A stretch of 64,000 nt of DNA. It comes from Candidatus Latescibacterota bacterium (GTDB lineage Bacteria; Latescibacterota; 4484-107). The first letter of the stretch is position 1, and each line of letters begins with the position of its first letter. Location: contig JAZDJA010000184.1 of the NCBI GenBank assembly GCA_043804415.1, positions 7,630 to 71,629 of the forward strand, given 5' to 3'. Made by a program: the position numbers and the translations under genes. A model generated the notes under the pieces. That model searched no databases, was not told the DNA's origin, and saw nothing but the letters and a program-made list of their open reading frames with translations. Below are positions 1 to 8,466 of this stretch, one piece after another.

Positions 1-59
1 ACCTTCCCCCGTCGGATGTTCGCACCGACCCTCTCACAGGACTGGAAGGGAATGACGGC

Positions 60-1406
60 ATGAAACAGTCGCTGATGAACCATCCCGAGATGGACTACGC
101 AACGGAGTGGAAGCGCACCAATCCGGATCTGAAGGTCTATATGCCGGAGGGCGAGAACGGTTTTGATGCAACCAATCAGCACTTTCTGGTTTCGCCAACC
201 CCCCGGGGCAGTTGGTTTGCCACGTGGACGCGCTCGGCCGAGGAGGGTTTCGGGAACCAGCATATCGTGTGTTCCCGCTCGGAGGACCGGGGGAGGACGT
301 GGAGCCCCCCCATCGTGATAGACGGTCCGGAGGGGGCCGATGATCCGAAGCACTGCGCGTCACTCCAGAACGAGGGTACCTGGGCAGCCCCCAAAGTCGA
401 AAGAGACTCGATCGGCATCGCGTCGTGGTGCTTCTCCATCTTTGCGCACGCGACGGGAAGGATCTACGTATTCTACCACAAAAACATTGAAAAAACTGAT
501 TTCCGCTACGACATGAGCGGCGCAATGTGCATGAAATACTCCGAAGACGACGGCAGGAGCTTTTGCGAGAACATCTATCAGTATCCCATCGAGAGCAAGG
601 CCATCGACAATCCGGATCCCACGGTCAACAAGAACTGGATCGTCTGGACCCAGCCCCATGCGATGCCGGATGGCACGGTCATTGCCCCGTATTCGAGGTG
701 GAGCAGCCCGAAGAGCCCGTGTGCCGGCGGCTCGGAAGCATTCTTCTTCCACTTCGAGAACGTCCTCACCGAGACCGATCCGGAGAAATTCCGCATCGTA
801 ACCTACCCGGAGGGACCCCACGGATTGCGTTCGCCTGCGTGCACCAAGCCCGCCTCCTCGTTATGCGAAGAGCCGGTCATCGTGGCCCTGTCCGATGGCC
901 GATTGTTCTGCATCATGCGAACCGATCACGGAATCATTTACTCGAGCATTTCATCGGATAGGGGGAAGAGTTGGACCCCGCCGATCCCCCTCATGGACAG
1001 GCCCGGGGGAGATTTCCTGCTCAACCCCGTGGTCCCCTGTCCAATCTACAAGCTGCGAGATGGCCGGTATCTGCTCCTTTACTACAACAACGACGGGTCA
1101 GCCCACGGGGGAAAGTGCCCTGCCGGGTACACCTACTTCCGCCAGAACCGCTACCCCGCCTACCTGTGCGTGGCTCGCGAGGCGCCGGGGGACAAGAACT
1201 ACCCACTCCGGTTCGGCAAGCCGAAGGTGATCGCAGATACCGAGGGCATCGAGATCGGACCGAGCGGGAGGAGGGAAGCGGCCACCTACCCCAGCCTGCT
1301 TGAGGACGGAGCGGATCGCATCCTCTTCTATCCGGACCGGAAACACTGGCTGCTCGGGAAGTATGTCACCGACGAGTGGCTTGCCGATATCGACCCGGGG
1401 AGATAA
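60..1406 (+). CDS. BNR/Asp-box repeat sialidase-like six-bladed propeller protein (exo-alpha-sialidase-like family), no signal peptide
   Basis: 448-aa ORF with Asp-box motifs (SRSEDRGRTWS, SSISSDRGKSWT) spaced as in sialidase-fold propellers; ATG at 60 preceded by a purine-rich RBS. Confidence 0.7.
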   Translation: MKQSLMNHPEMDYATEWKRTNPDLKVYMPEGENGFDATNQHFLVSPTPRGSWFATWTRSAEEGFGNQHIVCSRSEDRGRTWSPPIVIDGPEGADDPKHCASLQNEGTWAAPKVERDSIGIASWCFSIFAHATGRIYVFYHKNIEKTDFRYDMSGAMCMKYSEDDGRSFCENIYQYPIESKAIDNPDPTVNKNWIVWTQPHAMPDGTVIAPYSRWSSPKSPCAGGSEAFFFHFENVLTETDPEKFRIVTYPEGPHGLRSPACTKPASSLCEEPVIVALSDGRLFCIMRTDHGIIYSSISSDRGKSWTPPIPLMDRPGGDFLLNPVVPCPIYKLRDGRYLLLYYNNDGSAHGGKCPAGYTYFRQNRYPAYLCVAREAPGDKNYPLRFGKPKVIADTEGIEIGPSGRREAATYPSLLEDGADRILFYPDRKHWLLGKYVTDEWLADIDPGR

Positions 1407-1428
1407 CGGACAGCAAAGGAGTTTCGCC

Positions 1429-2646
1429 ATGAACAAGCAAAGAGCAGCGGGGGGCCCTTTGAGCGAAGATGCGCTGCGGGGTCCTATGAAAATCGCCAAG
1501 ATACGAACCTGGCTGGTGGAAGGGGTCCTATACAACTGGACGCTGATTAAGATCCATACCGACGACGGGCTCACGGGAATCGGAGAAGCCACCAACTGGC
1601 CCGGCAGCCCCCTGGTCGAAGCCGCCTGCCGACACGTGGCCGATTTGCTGGTCGGCGAAGACGCCACGCGTATCGACTATCTTTGGACCAAGCTCTACCA
1701 GGACATGAACTGGCTCGGGCAGGCGGGCCCGCTACTAAGTGCCATCAGCGCTGTCGATATCGCACTGTGGGACATCGCAGGCAAGCGCGCGGGGCTGCCG
1801 GTTTACCAACTCCTCGGTGGCGCCTATCGCACAGATATCGAACTCTATGCAAACTGCTGGTTCACAGAGAGCGATGGATCCCCGGAATCATACGCTTCGG
1901 ATGCGCGACGGATGCAGGCACTTGGGTATAGTGCCTGCAAATTCGATCCCTTCGCGCACACCAACTACACCTACGGCGCACACCTCTCCACCAATCTGTC
2001 GCTCTCAGAAGAGCAGAAGCGGCTGGCGATGGAGCGGCTTTGCGCGGTCTCCGAGGCGCTGGGCCCGGATTTTCCCATCGCGGTCGAAACCCACGCCATG
2101 CTCAACGGACCCGTGGCCATGGAGATGGCACACCGTATCGCAGCAGCAGGCATCAACTGCATGTGGTATGAGGAGCCGGCCGGTCCCGAGTTCCCCGAAC
2201 AGATCGCCGAGATCAAGCGCCGCATTCCGCTGCCCGTCTGCGTCGGTGAGCGACTGCACAGCCGTTTCATGTGCCGGCGGATACTGGACCTGCAGGCTAC
2301 CGATATCTTGATGCCGGACGTTACGCGCTGCGGCGGCATCAGCGAATTGCGCAAGATCGCCTATTTGGCCGAATGCTACAACGTGCCCATCGCTCCACAC
2401 AACCCCAATGGTCCCATCTCGACCATCGCGTCCGCGCACGTGGCGGCATCGATTCCGAATTTCTTCCGCCAGGAGTTTGTGGTCAACGACGTGCCGTGGC
2501 GGGATACGGTGCTGGACAAGCCCTTGCCGGTCCAAGAGGGCCACTTCCTGCTCGGCGACGAACCGGGGCTCGGCTTCGACCTGGTGGAGCGGGAACTGGA
2601 AAGGCATCCGGGGGTACGCACGCCGCGCCCGGGATTTTATATCTGA
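1429..2646 (+). CDS. enolase-superfamily (mandelate racemase/muconate lactonizing enzyme family) sugar-acid dehydratase, galactonate/fuconate dehydratase-like
   Basis: KIHTDDGLTGIGEAT N-terminal capping-domain signature and TIM-barrel metal-ligand region; ATG 1429 has a strong AAAGGAG RBS (an alternative start is 1486). Confidence 0.8.
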   Translation: MNKQRAAGGPLSEDALRGPMKIAKIRTWLVEGVLYNWTLIKIHTDDGLTGIGEATNWPGSPLVEAACRHVADLLVGEDATRIDYLWTKLYQDMNWLGQAGPLLSAISAVDIALWDIAGKRAGLPVYQLLGGAYRTDIELYANCWFTESDGSPESYASDARRMQALGYSACKFDPFAHTNYTYGAHLSTNLSLSEEQKRLAMERLCAVSEALGPDFPIAVETHAMLNGPVAMEMAHRIAAAGINCMWYEEPAGPEFPEQIAEIKRRIPLPVCVGERLHSRFMCRRILDLQATDILMPDVTRCGGISELRKIAYLAECYNVPIAPHNPNGPISTIASAHVAASIPNFFRQEFVVNDVPWRDTVLDKPLPVQEGHFLLGDEPGLGFDLVERELERHPGVRTPRPGFYI

Positions 2647-2757
2647 TACCCTCTCAGGTGAAAAGGAGCCCCTTCGATACAAACTCCACCGATGAGACCG
2701 ATACGATCTCATCGGTCTGCATGAAATCGTCTCAAGACCAGCCAAGAGGAGTATGCT

Positions 2758-3781
2758 GTGAAACTTGTCCTGTATGGCGCTTTCCGGCGGCCCTATCTTC
2801 CGGTGCTGCGCGAAGCGCTTGCGACACAATGGGAGATCACCACCGGCGAGAACGACCAGAGCTGGCTGCTGGGCGAGATCGCCGAAGCCGACGCGCTGTT
2901 GGCACAGAAGCTGCCGTTGGAGGCGCGCCCCACGGCTCGGAGATTGAAAGCACTGCTGGTCCCTGGCGCGGGAGTAATCCATTCCGACCCGGCGGAGTTG
3001 CCCGCGGGCTGCGTGCTGGCCAACGTATTCGAACACGAAATCCCGATCGCGGAATACGTGATGACTGCGATCCTCCTGCACGTCACGCAGGCGGTGCCCT
3101 ATATGAGATCGTTCGGCGAGGGCTCTTGGGAAGGCAGCGGACGATTGGGCGGGCAGTTACACGATGAGATCCATGGCAAGACGCTCGGACTTATCGGGTA
3201 CGGCCATATCGGGCAGGCGGTTGCTGCCCGCGCTCGGGCCTTCGGCATGAAGGTGTGCGCGATCTGCGCCCATCCGAGTACGGCAGCACCGGAACCGGCG
3301 GCGTGGGCAGATTTCCTCGGCGGCCCAGCGGATCTGGACCGCGCTCTGGAATCGTCCGACTTCCTGGTGATCGCCTGCCCGCTCACGACCGCGACCGAAG
3401 GCATGATCGGAGAACGGGAGCTTGCCCGCATGCCCACCCACGCCATGATCATCAACGTGGCACGTGCCGAGATCATACAGGAAGCACCCCTGTACGAGGC
3501 CCTGCCGGACGCGCGGCATCGCCGCGTCCGCGCTTGATGCCTGGTACCGCTATCCCGCGCACCTGGGCGAACGGATGCACGGTTCCGCGCTGCCGTTTCA
3601 CGAGTTGGACAACGTTATGGCCACCCCGCATTTTTCCGGATGGACGCACGCCCTGCTCGAACGGCGCGTGCGCAAGATCGCCGCTAACCTGGACCGCCTG
3701 GCCCGGGGCGAGGAACTGGAGCGCGTGGTGCTGCGCGGGACGTGGCGGCCCGAGTCGCAGCCGTCTCCGGCGGGAAGATGA
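2758..3781 (+). pseudogene. D-isomer-specific 2-hydroxyacid dehydrogenase, interrupted by a +1 frameshift near 3500-3515
   Basis: GTG start with an AGGAG RBS; NAD-binding GKTLGLIGYGHIGQAVA motif in frame 1; the C-terminal IAASALDAW...MATPHFSGWT catalytic region continues in frame 2 (ORF 3464..3781). Confidence 0.65.
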
Positions 3782-3789
3782 TTTTCAAA

Positions 3790-3877
3790 GGAATTAAGGC
3801 TTCAGCCTTTCAACGGGAGTGGCATTCTTAGCGAAACACTACCTCCTTCGGAATTAAGGCTTTAGCCTTTCATTGGG
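3790..3877. repeat. two direct copies of a 28-bp motif GGAATTAAGGCTTyAGCCTTTCAwyGGG, each containing the palindrome AAGGCT-N2-AGCCTT
   Basis: copies at 3790-3817 and 3850-3877, about 60 bp apart, in the gap between the dehydrogenase pseudogene and the next BNR gene. Confidence 0.7.
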
Positions 3878-3925
3878 GGTGGGGGCGGGTAAACAACGAA
3901 CCGATTCAGCGACTAGGAGGAAACC

Positions 3926-5161
3926 ATGAGCAAAGACAGTGTCAAACTCACGAATTGCATTCAGACCCTTCCGACGGAGTATGTGATAGAGAGCAATGAC
4001 ACGGATGCCTCCGGGCTCTACCCGTTTTCGCGGCTGATCTCCTCGGTCTCGCCCCACGTGGTCAGACAGGAGAATCCCAAGGGTCCGCGCTACCAGGAAG
4101 GACTGAGCTACACCTTCCTGATCAATTCGGCGAAGTTTCCGGGACTCACCAAACTGGATGATGGGAGGCTGGCACTTACCCTCAGTGGAGACCTCAAATA
4201 TGAATTTGTCAACGAGGGAGACCGGCGCGAAGCACTACTCCTTTTCTCCGACGACGATGGGATCACGTGGACCCAACCCAGGCGGGTCCCGATCCACCGA
4301 AGCATCCCGATCAATCTCGGGGGCGAAAAACTGATGCTCCGAGGCAATGCCGGGCCCGCCCATGCGCACTGCATCAGTAACGATGGGGGCGCGACCTGGG
4401 GAAATGTGGAACCCATTCCCCCTGCTCCCGATGGCCGGGAGGGCTACACCGACCTGGTCCTTCATCCCCTGGTCGAAGGGGACACCGTCACCGCCATCTT
4501 TTACTCCTCAGAGCCCGGCTCCGACGACCAGTATGGCAAGCTCATCACAGACGGCAAACGACCTCCTCTTGCGCACAGTTTCATCAGGCGCTACCACCTC
4601 TCCACGAAAACGTGGGACGACCCGGTATATTTCCCCCTCGAGTGGCGCACGATCGAAGGCATGCTCACCCGCGCCAAAGACGGCAGCTTGGTGGCCGCGT
4701 TTCGCACGGACATGCCGGCCGACGTGACAGCGCCCTCGGATCACTGGGACGGGATCATGACCACCCGATCGACCGACGATGGAAAGACATGGTCCGAGCC
4801 CGCCCGTCACTTCAAGTACGGGTATATGCACACGCACCTGCTCTCCCTCCCGGACGGCCGCATCGTGCTGACCTACGCGGCCCGGATCGGCGAGTTGGAT
4901 GGGAGGAACTACCACGGCATCGAGGCGGTTGTAAGCTCGGATAACGGCGTTACGTGGGACTGGGAACACCGGTTCATTCTCTTCCGCTGGACCGATCAAT
5001 GCACCCACAGTCCGCAGTCCGTGCAGCTTTCAGATGGGAGAATCCTCACCGTGTTTCTGCACGGCAAGAACTTCACCTGGACCGATCGACCCGAGCGTAC
5101 CGTCAAAACCAATCTCTTGTACCTTGGAAACGTCACGGTGGTGATCTGGAATATCACCTGA
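3926..5161 (+). CDS. BNR/Asp-box sialidase-like propeller protein, a distant paralog of the tandem pair at 10965/12355
   Basis: Asp-boxes FSDDDGITWTQP, SNDGGATWG, STDDGKTWSEP, SSDNGVTWDW; strong RBS AGGAGG before ATG 3926; the C-terminal half is roughly half-identical to 10965..12152. Confidence 0.7.
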   Translation: MSKDSVKLTNCIQTLPTEYVIESNDTDASGLYPFSRLISSVSPHVVRQENPKGPRYQEGLSYTFLINSAKFPGLTKLDDGRLALTLSGDLKYEFVNEGDRREALLLFSDDDGITWTQPRRVPIHRSIPINLGGEKLMLRGNAGPAHAHCISNDGGATWGNVEPIPPAPDGREGYTDLVLHPLVEGDTVTAIFYSSEPGSDDQYGKLITDGKRPPLAHSFIRRYHLSTKTWDDPVYFPLEWRTIEGMLTRAKDGSLVAAFRTDMPADVTAPSDHWDGIMTTRSTDDGKTWSEPARHFKYGYMHTHLLSLPDGRIVLTYAARIGELDGRNYHGIEAVVSSDNGVTWDWEHRFILFRWTDQCTHSPQSVQLSDGRILTVFLHGKNFTWTDRPERTVKTNLLYLGNVTVVIWNIT

Positions 5162-5313
5162 GGGCACGGCAGCCACCGCCCATCCACCAAGCCTTGGCAT
5201 GCGGCACACCAGCGATCCGGGAGCGGAGCTTCCCCCACGCAGGCGGGCGGACAGAACGGATGGCGAGGGTACAGACAGTGGTGCAACCGGTAGATTCGAA
5301 AAAGGGAGCAGAG

Positions 5314-6468
5314 ATGAAGATCACGAGGATTACGGCACATCTGATGGGAATCCCCGGACCGGGCGGGCACTCCCCCGCGCGCAACTGGACCTTTGTCAAA
5401 GTGGAAACCGACGAAGGCATCGTGGGGGTCGGCGAAGCAACTACCGAATGGCATGAGCAGGCAGTTGTCGCGATGATCGAGCACCATTTTGCACCCCTGT
5501 TGATCGGTCAGGATCCGACCGGAGTGACGCGTGCATGGCAGCAAATGCAGCGCTTTTTCTGGTGGCGAAACGGTGTGGTGGCCGCAAGTGCCGCCAGTGG
5601 TATCGAGCAGGCTCTGTGGGATATTACCGGCAAAGCATACGGACAGCCGGTATACAAGTTACTCGGGGGCGCCGTAAGAGATCGCGTCAGGGTGTATGCC
5701 CGAAGCGATCTTGGATTGAGCAACTACGTGGAGGAGATCAAGACTGCCAGGGAGGAAGGGATTACGGGGTTCAAGTTTGCGCCCGGCAAGCTCGTGGAGC
5801 CATTCGATGACGAAAAGCAAGTCGATGTTGCGCTTGACTTGGCTCGGGACCTTCGAAAGGCTGGTGGACCCGAATGCGACCTCATGATCGATTGTCACGG
5901 CAACTTCTCTTTGCAGGCGGCACACCGACTGATCGACCGGATCCGGGAACACAAGATGCTGTTTATCGAAGAGCCCACGAATGCGGATACACCGGGCCCA
6001 CTCGTGGCGCTTCGACGCGCCTTTCCAGACCAGCGGATCGCGGCTGGCGAACGGCTGATGACTCGCTGGGGATTTCGCGAGTGGTTGGAGACCGGAGCGG
6101 TGGATGTGATCCAGGCCGACATTTCGCACTGTGGGGGAATTGGCGAATTACTGCGGATTGCCTCTTACGCCGAGATCCACAACGTCCGGGTGGCTCCGCA
6201 CAACCCTTATGGACCTGTGGCTTTGGCGGCCAGCGCCCACGCGTGCGCGGCCATGCCCAATTTTCTGATTTTGGAGTACTGCCGTCACCGGCCCTGGATT
6301 CACGAGGTGGTCAAATTCGGCCCGCAAGTTGCGGAGGGATGCGTCCAGCTCGATGATCGCCCGGGCTTGGGAGTGGAACTGGATTGGGACTATGTGGCCA
6401 GGCACCCCTATCAGCCGCTGGACTATTGGATTTACAGCGATCGAGACAACGCCCTTCCCTGCATCTGA
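5314..6468 (+). CDS. enolase-superfamily sugar-acid dehydratase (mandelate racemase family)
   Basis: VETDEGIVGVGEAT capping-domain motif and barrel domain; RBS GGGAGCAGAG before ATG 5314; paralog of 1429..2646. Confidence 0.8.
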   Translation: MKITRITAHLMGIPGPGGHSPARNWTFVKVETDEGIVGVGEATTEWHEQAVVAMIEHHFAPLLIGQDPTGVTRAWQQMQRFFWWRNGVVAASAASGIEQALWDITGKAYGQPVYKLLGGAVRDRVRVYARSDLGLSNYVEEIKTAREEGITGFKFAPGKLVEPFDDEKQVDVALDLARDLRKAGGPECDLMIDCHGNFSLQAAHRLIDRIREHKMLFIEEPTNADTPGPLVALRRAFPDQRIAAGERLMTRWGFREWLETGAVDVIQADISHCGGIGELLRIASYAEIHNVRVAPHNPYGPVALAASAHACAAMPNFLILEYCRHRPWIHEVVKFGPQVAEGCVQLDDRPGLGVELDWDYVARHPYQPLDYWIYSDRDNALPCI

Positions 6469-6522
6469 GACCGCAAATCGTGGATCACAGGGCTGCGGCA
6501 AAAACCAAAAAGGAGGCACCCC

Positions 6523-7413
6523 ATGCCAGCTGTCAAACCGTACGACCTCAATAAGATCAGGTATTTCAAGTGGGTGGATCATCCGGAATCGATTTCCGTG
6601 GGTCCGGAAGGCGAGGCCTATACCACAGGAACCGGATTCCAGGTGTACCGGCTGGACGTGACGAACCACACCAGCGAGCAATACGCCTCGACCGCCCCGC
6701 GACGCATGCTCGGGCAGGCAGTGGATGCGGATGGAAACCTGTATTGTGCGGACATAGGGCATTATTCTTCTCCCGATATCCTCAGCAAGGTCATCCGCCT
6801 GACCCCGGATGGGAAGGAAAGCGTGTATGCCACTGCGCCAGGCGGCAAAGGTTTTCTATGTGCGAATTATCCTGCGTTCGATCGCAAGGGCAACATGTAT
6901 CTGTCGGACAGCGGGGACTGGTCAGAAGAGATAAACGGGCACATTTACAGAATCCCGCCCGGAGGGGGTGAGGCGCAGCTCTGGTTTCCCGAGCCGGTAT
7001 ACACGCCCAACGCGATCGCTTTGGATGCGGCAGAGGAGTTCCTTTATTTTGTGGACTCATTCGGGAACGGTGTCGCTCGTATTGCCATCAAGAAGGACGG
7101 CTCCGCAGGGGCGCTTGAATATGTAGTATATATGCCCCACCATATTCCGGACGGCATCGCTCTGGATGAGGAGGGAAACATTTGGATCTCCTGTCATCGT
7201 CCCGACGTCATCTACATCCTTGATATCAAGACCAGGCGCCTTGAAGTGTTTGCCGAAGACTGGCGGGGTGAAGCGCTTCGCGCGCCCACGGATGTGGCAT
7301 TTGCGGGGCCCGACCGGGATGTCCTGCTTGTGGCATCCCTTGGCCGCCACGATGTGCATCGCCTTGACCATGTCGGCGTGCGCGGTCTGCGTCTCAACAA
7401 TCCCAAACTATAG
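6523..7413 (+). CDS. SMP-30/gluconolactonase/LRE-family lactonase
   Basis: 296-aa beta-propeller lactonase-like sequence; RBS AAAGGAGG upstream; sits between a dehydratase and a dehydrogenase in a lactone-forming oxidative sugar pathway context. Confidence 0.7.
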   Translation: MPAVKPYDLNKIRYFKWVDHPESISVGPEGEAYTTGTGFQVYRLDVTNHTSEQYASTAPRRMLGQAVDADGNLYCADIGHYSSPDILSKVIRLTPDGKESVYATAPGGKGFLCANYPAFDRKGNMYLSDSGDWSEEINGHIYRIPPGGGEAQLWFPEPVYTPNAIALDAAEEFLYFVDSFGNGVARIAIKKDGSAGALEYVVYMPHHIPDGIALDEEGNIWISCHRPDVIYILDIKTRRLEVFAEDWRGEALRAPTDVAFAGPDRDVLLVASLGRHDVHRLDHVGVRGLRLNNPKL

Positions 7414-7425
7414 GAGATCCCTCTC

Positions 7426-8466
7426 ATGGATGCCCCTAAGCTGCGCTTCGCCATGTTCGGGACGGGGGTTTTCGGTCAGATCTTCGCCCCCTACATCAAC
7501 GAAGTGGCCGAACTCGTCTCCATCTGCGACCCCAGTCCCGAGGCAAGGTCAGCCTTCCGGGAAAAGACAGGTCTCGCGCTTCCGGAATTCGACAACGCGG
7601 AACGGTTACTGGCGGAAGTGGACATCGATGCCGTGGCACTGACCGGTCCGAACCACACCCATAAGCCGCTCGCACTCGCGGCCGCCCGTGCAGGCAAACA
7701 CGTTTACTGCGAGAAGACCATGGCCCCGACCGTTCCGAACTGCTGGGAGATGGTCCGGGCCTGCGAGGCCGCCGGAGTACGTCTGATGGTGGGCCACAAA
7801 CGCCGGATCAGACCTCCCTGGGCGCGGATGATCCAACTCTGCGACCAGCTCGGACCTGTGTATGCCATAAGTTCGTGCAAATATCACGACTCCAGCGGCT
7901 ACAATCCACAGGGCTGGTGGTGGCGCGATGCCGAGTGCGGGGGAACACTGCCGTTGGTGGGCGTACATACGATTGACTGGATGCGAGCCATGTGCGGCGA
8001 TGTGGAGAGCGTCAGCGCCCTGGCCGCTCCGCAGATTAACTCGCATTTCGATTACCCGGACACCATGCACGTTTCGCTTCGGTTCCGATCAGGTGCGGTA
8101 GGTGCGCTGTCCGTTTCGGCCTCGTATCCTATCCTCCAGTACCGCGAGGCCTGCAGTTCGGATGTCATCACCCGCGAGGGAGGGATGCGCATCCAGACCT
8201 ACCTCGATCATATTGACCTTTCCTATCGGCGCCGGGACGACTCCGAGACCCATTACGAAAGATTTGATGATCTGGGTCACGCTCACGCTTTCCGGAAAGA
8301 GCTGGGAGACTTCGTCCGATGGGTGACAGAAGGAGCAGAGCCCTGTCTGACATGGCGGGAAGGACTGCGGTGCGTCGAAGTCATGGAGGCTGCTCATCAT
8401 TATTCAGCAAGACAAAACGGGCGCTGGGTTGATCTTCCACTATACCCGGAGCTGGAGGCGGCATGA
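7426..8466 (+). CDS. Gfo/Idh/MocA-family NAD(P)-dependent sugar dehydrogenase
   Basis: N-terminal Rossmann motif FAMFGTGVFGQ..., EKTMAPT motif; stop overlaps the next start (ATGA at 8463-8466). Confidence 0.8.
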   Translation: MDAPKLRFAMFGTGVFGQIFAPYINEVAELVSICDPSPEARSAFREKTGLALPEFDNAERLLAEVDIDAVALTGPNHTHKPLALAAARAGKHVYCEKTMAPTVPNCWEMVRACEAAGVRLMVGHKRRIRPPWARMIQLCDQLGPVYAISSCKYHDSSGYNPQGWWWRDAECGGTLPLVGVHTIDWMRAMCGDVESVSALAAPQINSHFDYPDTMHVSLRFRSGAVGALSVSASYPILQYREACSSDVITREGGMRIQTYLDHIDLSYRRRDDSETHYERFDDLGHAHAFRKELGDFVRWVTEGAEPCLTWREGLRCVEVMEAAHHYSARQNGRWVDLPLYPELEAA

